From Flavobacteriaceae bacterium (GTDB taxonomy: Bacteria > Bacteroidota > Bacteroidia > Flavobacteriales > Flavobacteriaceae), in contig JAKITY010000001.1 of the NCBI GenBank assembly GCA_021647835.1, positions 8,718 to 72,717 on the forward strand: a stretch of 64,000 nt of DNA, written 5' to 3'. The translations under genes and the position numbers were made by a program. Every line of letters begins with the position of its first letter. Positions within the stretch are counted from its first letter, which is position 1. The notes below the pieces were generated by a model that made no database searches, was not told the DNA's origin, and saw only the letters and a list, made by a program, of their open reading frames with translations. Of the stretch, positions 49,755-58,637 are shown one piece after another.

Positions 49755-50996
49755 TTAATTTGTTAAATAATTGATAATTGTTGTTTGTAAATAATACTTT
49801 TTAATAGATTCTATTTGATTGATTTGAAATTTTAATTGTAATTCTTGAATGTCTAAAACATCAATAAAATTAATCCTTCCTGTTTCATAACTTCTGATCA
49901 AAATATCTTCAGCGTCTTTTGCTTGTTTTAGATTTTTTGATTGTATATTGTATTGAATTTTAGTTGCAATTCTATTATTTATGGCTTTATCAAAAATTGT
50001 CTCAAGATTATTTAGTCTATCTTGTTTTTGAGCCGTAATTTCTTCTTGTTTCCACTCGTTTTGCTTTGTTTTTGATTTGTGTTTTTTATTGAAAATCGGA
50101 ATTGAAAGCGTAACCATTGGCATTAAAATATCTTTTCCGTTGTCACTAAAAATTAAGTCTGGACGTTCTGAAACGGCAATATAGTCTAACCCAAAACCAA
50201 TATTTGGTGCGCTTTCCTTTTGATTTAGTAATTCTGATTGTTCTACTGATTTATATAACTTATCAAACCTAATGAGTTCTGGGTGTAATTGTAAATTTTC
50301 TGCTAAAAACATAACTTCATCTGAAGGGATAACCAACTCATTCACAACCAATATTTCAATAGATTTATCACGGCTCAATAATTTATTAAAATTAGTTTGC
50401 TCTGATAAATAATTTTGCTCCAACACCTGTTTTAATTGCTCCAATTCATTTTGTCTCATCTGTAATCTCAACACATCAACCACCGATGCTTTACCTACTT
50501 CAACAAAGGTCAGTGCCATTGTTTCATAGGTTTCTAGTAAATCGATATTCTCAAGTAAAACTTTTTGCTTGGCTTTAATTGCATACATATTATAGTATGA
50601 TTGAGAAACCGAAGCAACTAATTTACGCTTGGAGATAACAATATCTTCATACTTAGCATCTGCCAATGAACTTGCATAATTTTCTCGCGCAGTAATAGTT
50701 CCAAACCAAGGAACCATTTGTTTTGCTGAAATTTTAAAACGTTGCGCTCCTGTTCGCGTTTCTGGTTCGCTTATAAAATATCCTGCACCAATTTCAGTAT
50801 TAGGAAATGTATTCACTTCATTTTTCTTTTCTGATGCTATCTTATACTGTAATTCAAATTTTTGAATCTTTGGGTTATTTATCAACGCTTCTTTAATATA
50901 TGTTTCTAATTCTTGGCCTTGTATCAAAAGAGAAAAGAAAAAAGAAAAAAGAAAAAATACTATTTTCTGGATTTTATATTTATTTATTTCATTCAT
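49755..50996 (-). CDS. TolC-family outer membrane efflux protein
   Basis: PETRTGAQ, QMVPWFG, LSIPIF and SYETG motifs; follows cusA. Start set at ATG 50996 to avoid overlap. Confidence 0.88.
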   Translation of the reverse strand: MNEINKYKIQKIVFFLFSFFFSLLIQGQELETYIKEALINNPKIQKFELQYKIASEKKNEVNTFPNTEIGAGYFISEPETRTGAQRFKISAKQMVPWFGTITARENYASSLADAKYEDIVISKRKLVASVSQSYYNMYAIKAKQKVLLENIDLLETYETMALTFVEVGKASVVDVLRLQMRQNELEQLKQVLEQNYLSEQTNFNKLLSRDKSIEILVVNELVIPSDEVMFLAENLQLHPELIRFDKLYKSVEQSELLNQKESAPNIGFGLDYIAVSERPDLIFSDNGKDILMPMVTLSIPIFNKKHKSKTKQNEWKQEEITAQKQDRLNNLETIFDKAINNRIATKIQYNIQSKNLKQAKDAEDILIRSYETGRINFIDVLDIQELQLKFQINQIESIKKYYLQTTIINYLTN

Positions 50997-51001
50997 CTTT
51001 T

Positions 51002-54000
51002 TTAATTTTTTAGTTTTAATTCTTTCATCCAACTAAATAAAACTGGCACTACAAATAGCGTTATTAATGCAACAAGCATTCCTCCAAAACTTGGAATTGC
51101 CATTGGAATCATAATATCACTTCCTCTTCCTGTTGATGTTAGTATTGGCAACAATGCCAAAATTGTAGTTGCTGTTGTCATCAAGCAAGGTCTTATTCGT
51201 TTTTCTCCTGCTTCAATTACCGATTTTCTTATTTCTTCTTTTGTTTCTGGTTTATTTCTATCGAATATTTGCGTAAGATACGTTGCCATTACTACGCCAT
51301 CGTCTGTTGCAATTCCGAATAGTGCTATAAATCCTACCCAAACGGCGACACTTAAATTTATTGTTTTTATCTGAAATAACTCTCGAAAATCTATTCCAAA
51401 AGTAGTAAAGTTCAAGAACCAATCAGTACTATATAAACCAATCATAATAAATCCTCCTGCAAAAGCAACTAAAATTCCTGTAAACACTAAAAGTGATGTT
51501 GCTATGGATTTAAACTGAAAATACAATATCAATAAAATAATTACCAATGCTAAAGGCACTACAATAGAGAGTGTTTTTTCGGCACGTAATTGATTTTCGT
51601 ACGTTCCAGTAAATTTATAGCTTATTCCTTTTGGAACAATTAATTCGCCTCTATCTATTTGTCCTTGAATTGCTTCTTGAGCAGTTTCAACTACATTTAC
51701 TTCAGCAAAACCATCAACCTTATCAAACAATACATAACCAATTAAAAAAGTATCTTCACTTTTAATTACTTGTGGCCCTTGTTCGTATCTAATTGTTACC
51801 AATTCTTTTAACGGAATTGGATTTCCTTTTTTGGTTGGCACATAAATATTTCCCAAGTCCGTTGGGCTTGTACGCAACTCTCTTGGGTAACGCACACGAA
51901 CACCATAACGCTCTCGTCCCTCTACGGTTTGCGTTAACATTTTGCCTCCAATGGCAACTTCTAAAATAGATTGTACATCTTGTATTGCCAAGCCATAACG
52001 TGCTATTTTTTCTCTATCAATGTCTATCAACATATACGGTTTCCCCACAATTCTATCAGCAAAAACAGCTTCTTTTTTAACGCCTTCAACTTGTTTTAAA
52101 ATACCTTCTAGTTTTACACCAAAGGCTTCAATTTCCGCCAAGTTTTGACCTTTTACTTTAATTCCCATTGGCGCACGCATTCCTGTTTGAAGCATTACCA
52201 ATCGTGTTTCTATAGGTTGTAATTTTGGTGCTGATGTTACGCCTGGCAATTTTGTAACTTTTACGATTTCTTTCCAAATATCATCTGTAGATTTTATATG
52301 TTTTCGCCAATTTCTATAATAATCTCCATCATCATCAATAATTAGATTTTTGGTTGCTATTTTTGTTCCTAAAGTTATATGTCTTCCGAATTTCGTTTCA
52401 AACAGTCCATCTTCATTTACTTTAAATTTTAAACGTTCTCTGTCTTTGTCTTGCTTATATTCTGGCTTATAAATAATTACATTTTCATACATAGATAAAG
52501 GAGCAGGATCGAGCGCGCTTTCTGCTCTACCTGCTTTTCCAACTACGGTTTGTATCTCGTTGATTGTAGCAACTGCAATATCTAATTGCTGTAAAACGCG
52601 TTTATTTTCTTCAAGACCAGAATGTGGCATTGAGGTTGGCATCAGCAAAAAAGAACCTTCATTTAATGATGGCATAAACTCTTTTCCTGTATTGCTCCAA
52701 ATATTAAATCCTAAAAAAACAATTAATGTTGGAAGACTTAAAAATAAAAGTTTGTTGTCTAAAGCCCAAGTTAAAATACGCACATAATATTTTTGAAATA
52801 AAGTAAAAACGCCTAATAATCCGAAACAAATAATAGAGACAAAAATAATATTCGAAATAATTGAATAATCTAAACCTAATGGTCGCCAATAAATCCCTAA
52901 CAGAATGACAATTGTAATTGCCGAAAGTAATACGTTTACGGTATTTGCCATTTTTTCTGACAATACTTCTCTACTTTTCAAAATACTTGAAATTGCAAAT
53001 CCAATAAGAATAAGCCCGATATAATGTCCTTTAATTATTGCAAAAACTCCTAGTAATGCTAAAGTAATATTTAATATAAATCCAAATTTCTTTTTAGGTG
53101 ATTTCCAACCAAATAGCCAAGAAGCAAAAGGCGGAATTAAAAATAATGCAACTATTACAGAAGCTACTAATGCCATTGTTTTTGTGGCTGCTAGTGGTCT
53201 AAATAATTTCCCTTCAGAACCTATCATTGTAAATACTGGTACAAAACTGATAATGGTTGTAGAAACTGCTGTTAATATTGCGCCCGAAACTTCTTCGGTT
53301 GCAGTATAAACAATCGAATTCATAGAGCGTTTGACCTTGTCTAATTTACTTTCATCAATGTGTCTAATAATATTTTCGGTAAGAATAACACCAATATCGA
53401 CCATTGTACCAATGGCAATGGCAATACCAGAAAGTGCTACAATATTGGCATCTACGCCAAAGAGTTTCATTCCTATGAAAACCATTAGCACTGCAACTGG
53501 CAATAATCCTGATATTAAAGAGGAAACTTTGAGATTGAAAACCATCATAATAATGACCAAAATGGTAATTAATATTTGTAAGGTTATTGCTTCATTTAGT
53601 GTTTCTAGTGTTTCTTCAATAAGTTCTGTTCTATCATAAAATGGAATGATGGTTAATTGTGATGTTCTTCCATCTTTTAAAACTTTTGAAGGCAATCCTG
53701 TACTTATTTCGGCTATTTGTTTTTTAACATTGGTAATTACTTCCATTGGATTTGACCCATAACGCGCCACAACAACACCACCAACAACTTCAGCACCTTC
53801 TTTATCTAATATACCTCTTCGTTGTGCTGGTCCTAAAGCAACTTTGGCAACATCTTTCAGTAAAATTGGCGTGAAATTTTCGGAGGAAACTACTGCATTT
53901 TCTAAGTCTTCAACCGATTTTATATAGCCTAAACCACGAACTAAGTATTCTACTTGGTTTATTTCTATTGTTTTTGCACCAATATCTTTATTTGATTTCC

Positions 54001-54685
54001 GAACAGCATTTACAACTTGCTGTAAGGTTATATTGTATTCTTTTAGTATATCTGGATTTATATCAACTTGATATTCTTGCACATAACCTCCAATACTCGC
54101 TACTTCCGAAACACCACTTGCCGATGACAATGCATATTTTACATAATAATCTTGTATGCTACGCAACTCATGTAAGTCCCAACCACCAGTTACATTACCT
54201 TCTTCATCTCTACCTTCTAGCGTGTACCAAAATATTTGTCCTAATCCTGTAGCATCTGGACCCAAACTTGGTTGGACACCTTGAGGCAACAATCCTTTTG
54301 GTAGTGAATTTAGTTTTTCAAGGATGCGGCTTCGACTCCAATAAAATTCTACATCTTCTTCAAGAATGATATAGATTGATGAAAATCCAAATGCCGAAGA
54401 ACTACGGATTGTTTTAACTCCTGGAATTCCTAATAATGAAGTTGTTAACGGATAGGTTATTTGGTCTTCTATGTCTTGTGGCGAACGACCGTCCCATTTT
54501 GTGAAAACTATTTGCTGGTTTTCGCCAATATCTGGAATGGCATCTACAGCCACAGGATTTCTTGGAATACCAATATTATCCCAGTTAAATGGCGCCGTTG
54601 AAATTCCTAACCCTATAAAAAGGGCTAATAATAAAACTGCTACGAGTTTGTTTTCTATAAGAAATTTGATGCTTTTATTTAGCAT
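51002..54685 (-). CDS. cusA: CusA/CzcA heavy-metal RND permease
   Basis: DAIPDIGENQQIV, EDQITYPL, LGPDATGLG, AIAIGTMVD and RIRPCLMT. Confidence 0.95.
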   Translation of the reverse strand: MLNKSIKFLIENKLVAVLLLALFIGLGISTAPFNWDNIGIPRNPVAVDAIPDIGENQQIVFTKWDGRSPQDIEDQITYPLTTSLLGIPGVKTIRSSSAFGFSSIYIILEEDVEFYWSRSRILEKLNSLPKGLLPQGVQPSLGPDATGLGQIFWYTLEGRDEEGNVTGGWDLHELRSIQDYYVKYALSSASGVSEVASIGGYVQEYQVDINPDILKEYNITLQQVVNAVRKSNKDIGAKTIEINQVEYLVRGLGYIKSVEDLENAVVSSENFTPILLKDVAKVALGPAQRRGILDKEGAEVVGGVVVARYGSNPMEVITNVKKQIAEISTGLPSKVLKDGRTSQLTIIPFYDRTELIEETLETLNEAITLQILITILVIIMMVFNLKVSSLISGLLPVAVLMVFIGMKLFGVDANIVALSGIAIAIGTMVDIGVILTENIIRHIDESKLDKVKRSMNSIVYTATEEVSGAILTAVSTTIISFVPVFTMIGSEGKLFRPLAATKTMALVASVIVALFLIPPFASWLFGWKSPKKKFGFILNITLALLGVFAIIKGHYIGLILIGFAISSILKSREVLSEKMANTVNVLLSAITIVILLGIYWRPLGLDYSIISNIIFVSIICFGLLGVFTLFQKYYVRILTWALDNKLLFLSLPTLIVFLGFNIWSNTGKEFMPSLNEGSFLLMPTSMPHSGLEENKRVLQQLDIAVATINEIQTVVGKAGRAESALDPAPLSMYENVIIYKPEYKQDKDRERLKFKVNEDGLFETKFGRHITLGTKIATKNLIIDDDGDYYRNWRKHIKSTDDIWKEIVKVTKLPGVTSAPKLQPIETRLVMLQTGMRAPMGIKVKGQNLAEIEAFGVKLEGILKQVEGVKKEAVFADRIVGKPYMLIDIDREKIARYGLAIQDVQSILEVAIGGKMLTQTVEGRERYGVRVRYPRELRTSPTDLGNIYVPTKKGNPIPLKELVTIRYEQGPQVIKSEDTFLIGYVLFDKVDGFAEVNVVETAQEAIQGQIDRGELIVPKGISYKFTGTYENQLRAEKTLSIVVPLALVIILLILYFQFKSIATSLLVFTGILVAFAGGFIMIGLYSTDWFLNFTTFGIDFRELFQIKTINLSVAVWVGFIALFGIATDDGVVMATYLTQIFDRNKPETKEEIRKSVIEAGEKRIRPCLMTTATTILALLPILTSTGRGSDIMIPMAIPSFGGMLVALITLFVVPVLFSWMKELKLKN

Positions 54686-54694
54686 TGATTTTAA

Positions 54695-54791
54695 TTTTTA
54701 AACTTAGACATTAGTGTTGAGAAAACACCGAATACAGAAATTTATCCTAATGGAATGTATTCATCGGATAAAAGAGTCAATAGTTTAAAAA
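54695..54791 (-). promoter_or_regulatory. Structured intercistronic RNA between the HYC_CC_PP gene and cusA
   Basis: 10-bp outer stem 54782-54791/54695-54704, interleaved 7-bp helices 54766-72/54741-47 and 54756-62/54730-36, and hairpin 54714-54728. Confidence 0.6.
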
Positions 54792-55208
54792 TCAAATTAA
54801 ATAAGTCTCGTCAAGTTTATGTATATCCTTGACGACCAAAGGTGGAGAATAATCTCTATAAGAACTAATATCATTTTCTAAAACTTCAAAAAGAGAAATA
54901 TATGAGTGTATGTATGAAACAATGAAGGCTTGCTGCTCAAAACGAAGTGTCTCTAAAGCCGTTTTTAACTCATCTTGACCTTCAATTACTTCTTGTTTTT
55001 CAGTACAGCAGTTCTTTTTAGCAAGCGAACAATCTTTATCTGAGGTGTTTTTTTTCATCTCCATTCCACAACTTTTTGCAGCCCCAAAAATGGTTGCATC
55101 TACTAGTAAATCTCCGCAATAATGCTTATTTACAGTAAAAGACAATGTAGAGAATAATACTACAAAGGTTAGTGAAATTGCTGTTATTTTATGAAAAAAC
55201 TGCTTCAT
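54792..55208 (-). CDS. HYC_CC_PP family protein
   Basis: Hydrophobic N-terminus, HYC, CGM, C..CC, YSPPL and terminal YLI; TACATTTG promoter at 55217-55224(-). Confidence 0.88.
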   Translation of the reverse strand: MKQFFHKITAISLTFVVLFSTLSFTVNKHYCGDLLVDATIFGAAKSCGMEMKKNTSDKDCSLAKKNCCTEKQEVIEGQDELKTALETLRFEQQAFIVSYIHSYISLFEVLENDISSYRDYSPPLVVKDIHKLDETYLI

Positions 55209-55311
55209 TATTAATACAAATGTATAAAAAAATGTTATTACTCATCTAAAAATTATGTTAAATCAAGCAATGAATCATTTTTTTTTACAACTTATAACAA
55301 TAAAATAAATC

Positions 55312-55524
55312 ATGGCAAGTAAGAAAAAAATCAAGATTATATTAACTGGAAATTTTGACAATCCTCAAGATGCGTTTAACTTTTTTGATAAAAACAGTAA
55401 TGGAGCATTATCAAAAAAAAAAAATGTAACATTGCTTAAAGAAGCAGAAATTAGTGGTTATGATTTGATGACGATAATAAAGTTGATTGGAAAGAATTTA
55501 AAACAAGCAATTAGCGAGATGTAA
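55312..55524 (+). pseudogene. Degraded two-EF-hand protein
   Basis: First loop FDKNSNGALSK is in frame. Second loop DDDNKVDWKEFK is in another frame from 55467. A12 run at 55413-55424. Confidence 0.6.
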
Positions 55525-55527
55525 TCG

Positions 55528-55959
55528 TTATTGAGAACTCTTCTTTTGGTAGTAAAATGCTGGTAAAAGTATCAGTAAAAAAATTGGATGGATTAGCATT
55601 CTTCTGACATAGAATGCTAATAAATATCCTGAAGAAAATTCTGTTTTTAGTAGCACTAAATATACAATTGAAAGAACTATAAATGTGACTATATAAAACT
55701 TTACAGAGAATGCAATCAATTGCTTTTTTTGAAAAAATAAGTAAATAATCGCTAATGAAATTAACGTATTGATTGAATTTCTGAAAAATAAATTCGTAAA
55801 CAAATTACCTGTTATAAATTCAGGAAAAATACTCGTTAAATAATCATTTTTAAAGAAATTTATAAAAGGATCATAAAATATTACTGATGCAAATGAGCGC
55901 ACTAAAATCAGTAAGAAAAATAATGCTATAATCAATATAATTCTTAAACTTTTATTCAT
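55528..55959 (-). CDS. Exosortase F system-associated membrane protein
   Basis: FYDPF, FYVRRMLIHP and PAFYY motifs; ATG 55959 overlaps the xrtF stop. Confidence 0.88.
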   Translation of the reverse strand: MNKSLRIILIIALFFLLILVRSFASVIFYDPFINFFKNDYLTSIFPEFITGNLFTNLFFRNSINTLISLAIIYLFFQKKQLIAFSVKFYIVTFIVLSIVYLVLLKTEFSSGYLLAFYVRRMLIHPIFLLILLPAFYYQKKSSQ

Positions 55960-56497
55960 CTTTTTTATTGATTTTTGCAAACTTATTTACCCAAATGATC
56001 CATAATAAAAATACCATTCCGTAAATAACTGCTGGAAAAAATAAGGAATGCATCACATCTTGGTATTCTGGTCGATGGTAAATTATCAATGCCAATGCTA
56101 CAATTCTAAAAATATTGGTCATATATATCAATATCATCCCAAAGATGCCATATAAAATCGTAGCCTTTATACTTCCTGAAAATGCAATTATGAATGCCAA
56201 AAACAAAATCATAATACTTATACTCGTACAGCCTTCAACAATCTTTACCACATATTTTTCATTGACCATAAACATCAATGAAAGTTCTTGATAATTTTGA
56301 TCTGTATAAATATCATAGCCAAACCATTCTGCAACAATTTCAGAATGATCAGTAACCATTTTCGTAATTGGTGAGCAAGAAAAAATATCACTTTTTTGCT
56401 GTGTATTGTTCAAATAAAGAGAATACAATCCTGTGAGTGAAAAATACACTACAAAAAATTTGAGCAAAAATTGTATGACAACTTTATTTTTTTTCAA
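55952..56497 (-). CDS. xrtF: Exosortase family protein XrtF
   Basis: IVEGC, NIFRI and H..FP..IYG give the Cys/Arg/His triad. TTG start 56497 lies downstream of TAAATTTG at 56521-56528(-). Confidence 0.88.
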   Translation of the reverse strand: MKKNKVVIQFLLKFFVVYFSLTGLYSLYLNNTQQKSDIFSCSPITKMVTDHSEIVAEWFGYDIYTDQNYQELSLMFMVNEKYVVKIVEGCTSISIMILFLAFIIAFSGSIKATILYGIFGMILIYMTNIFRIVALALIIYHRPEYQDVMHSLFFPAVIYGMVFLLWIIWVNKFAKINKKDE

Positions 56498-56537
56498 TGA
56501 AAAAGGTTTTAGTTTTGCTTCAAATTTAAACAAACAA

Positions 56538-56990
56538 ATGCAAATCGACTTCTTAAAAAACAAAATCATCTCAATTATTAGCAATTCTGAGTCGAAAGAG
56601 GATACATTACAATCTATTTGTAATTTTTTAAAACAAGAAATTGACTACTATGATTGGGTTGGGTTTTACTTTAAAAATGGTAATAAAAATGAATTAAAAT
56701 TAGCACCGTTTGCAGGAGAACCAACAGAACATACTATTATTCCATTCGGAAAAGGAATTTGCGGTCAAGTTGCTGTAAGTAACAAAAACTTTGTTGTACA
56801 AGATGTAACAGAACAAAACAATTATATCTCTTGTGGATGGAAAATAAAATCGGAAATCGTAATTCCTATTTTTAAAAATGATGAAAATATTGGTCAAATT
56901 GATATTGATTCTCATACTAAAAATCCGTTTACAAAATCTGACGAAGAACTTTTAGAATTCGTTTGTGAACAAGTTGCTGAAATTGTTTAA
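56538..56990 (+). CDS. GAF-domain protein (free methionine-R-sulfoxide reductase-like)
   Basis: DWVGFY, IPFGKGICG, YISC, SEIVIP and DIDS motifs; ATG 56538 follows TAGTTTTG at 56510-56517. Confidence 0.88.
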   Translation: MQIDFLKNKIISIISNSESKEDTLQSICNFLKQEIDYYDWVGFYFKNGNKNELKLAPFAGEPTEHTIIPFGKGICGQVAVSNKNFVVQDVTEQNNYISCGWKIKSEIVIPIFKNDENIGQIDIDSHTKNPFTKSDEELLEFVCEQVAEIV

Positions 56991-57032
56991 AAGTTCGTTT
57001 TTTATTTTATAGTTAAGGCTAAATCCTTTTAG

Positions 57033-57058
57033 TAATTTTGTGCGAAACCACACAACTC
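57033..57058 (+). promoter_or_regulatory. purH -7 promoter and C/A-rich leader (candidate sRNA target)
   Basis: TAATTTTG at 57033-57040 and CGAAACCACACAACTC at 57043-57058. Confidence 0.6.
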
Positions 57059-57063
57059 ACAAA

Positions 57064-58596
57064 ATGAACGCTACAAAAACAGCAAAATCAGCACTTATTT
57101 CAGTATTTCACAAAGATGGATTGGCACCAATCGTTAAAAAGTTAAACGAACTTGGAATCACAATTTATTCTACAGGAGGAACAGAAAAATTCATCACAAA
57201 ATTAGGAATTAACGTAGTTCCTGTTGAAGATTTAACATCATATCCATCTATTTTAGGCGGAAGAGTTAAAACACTACATCCAAAAGTTTTTGGAGGAATT
57301 TTAACAAGACGTGATAATGAAAATGACGTTGCACAAATAAATGAATTTGAAATTCCAGAGATTGATATTGTTATTGTTGACTTATATCCTTTTGAAAAAA
57401 CGGTTGAAAGTGGCGCACCTGAGCAAGATATTATTGAGAAAATTGATATCGGAGGAATTTCTCTAATTCGTGCAGCAGCAAAAAACTTTAAAGATGTTAT
57501 TTGTGTATCATCTGTTAATGATTATGAAGAGTTTTTACAGTTGATTACTGATGGAAATGGCAGTACAACTTTAACCGATAGAAAACGATTTGCCGCAAAA
57601 ACATTTAATGTTTCTTCCCATTATGACAGTGCTATTTTCAACTACTTCAATAGCAATCACGAAATCGCTACATTAAAAATAAGCGAACAAAAAGGACAAG
57701 TATTGCGTTATGGTGAAAATCCGCATCAAAAAGGGTTTTTCTTTGGCGATTTAGATAAAATGTTTGATAAACTGCACGGCAAAGAACTTTCCTATAATAA
57801 TTTATTAGATGTTGATGCTGCGGTAAATTTAATGTTAGAGTTTAAAAATGACGCGCCAACATTTGCAATTTTAAAACATAATAACGCTTGTGGATTGGCA
57901 CAACGAGAAACAATCTATCAAGCCTATATCGATGCGCTTGCAGGAGATCCAACATCAGCATTTGGAGGAATTTTAATTTCTAATGTTGAAATCGACACAA
58001 AAACTGCTACTGAAATTCATCAATTATTTTGCGAAGTTGTTATTGCCCCTTCTTTTTCTGATAAAGCATTAACTATATTAAAAGGAAAAAAACACAGAAG
58101 AATCCTCTTACAAAAAGACATTGACTTGCCTAAAACTACTGTTCGAACTTGCCTAAATGGAGTATTGGTACAAGGTAAAGATTTAAAAACCGATGTTTTA
58201 GAAGATTTAACTTATGTAACCAACAATAAACCATCCGAAAAGGAGTTAGAAGACTTATTGTTCGCCTCCAAACTGTGTAAACACACGAAGTCAAACACTA
58301 TTGTTCTTGTAAAAAACAAACAACTTTGTGCCAGCGGAACTGGTCAAACAAGTCGTATTGATGCGTTAAATCAATCTATTATTAAAGCAAATCATTTTAA
58401 TTTTGATCTAAATGGTGCTGTTATGGCAAGTGATGCATTCTTTCCATTTCCAGATTGTGTGGAAATTGCTGATAATGCGGGAATTAAAAGTGTTATTCAG
58501 CCAGGAGGTTCAATAAAAGACCAGTTATCTATTGATTATTGCAATGAAAATAAAATAGCAATGGTAATGACTGGAACAAGGCATTTTAAACATTAA
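57064..58596 (+). CDS. purH: Bifunctional AICAR transformylase / IMP cyclohydrolase
   Basis: ALISV, GRVKTLHP, LRYGENPHQ, SDAFFPF and RHFKH; start ATG 57064. Confidence 0.98.
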   Translation: MNATKTAKSALISVFHKDGLAPIVKKLNELGITIYSTGGTEKFITKLGINVVPVEDLTSYPSILGGRVKTLHPKVFGGILTRRDNENDVAQINEFEIPEIDIVIVDLYPFEKTVESGAPEQDIIEKIDIGGISLIRAAAKNFKDVICVSSVNDYEEFLQLITDGNGSTTLTDRKRFAAKTFNVSSHYDSAIFNYFNSNHEIATLKISEQKGQVLRYGENPHQKGFFFGDLDKMFDKLHGKELSYNNLLDVDAAVNLMLEFKNDAPTFAILKHNNACGLAQRETIYQAYIDALAGDPTSAFGGILISNVEIDTKTATEIHQLFCEVVIAPSFSDKALTILKGKKHRRILLQKDIDLPKTTVRTCLNGVLVQGKDLKTDVLEDLTYVTNNKPSEKELEDLLFASKLCKHTKSNTIVLVKNKQLCASGTGQTSRIDALNQSIIKANHFNFDLNGAVMASDAFFPFPDCVEIADNAGIKSVIQPGGSIKDQLSIDYCNENKIAMVMTGTRHFKH

Positions 58597-58637
58597 TTTT
58601 ATTACATTTGTAATCAACTCCAAAAAACAGTTAGAAT

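Noticed and set aside
36260-55530. Copper cluster as an autonomous transposon or ICE
   Set aside because: No transposase, integrase, tRNA target or terminal direct repeats were found, and composition looks like the flanks by eye.
56433-56584. Apparent 150-bp head-to-head overlap of the xrtF and GAF ORFs
   Set aside because: Caused by over-extended starts; TTG 56497 and ATG 56538 remove the overlap and fit the promoters.
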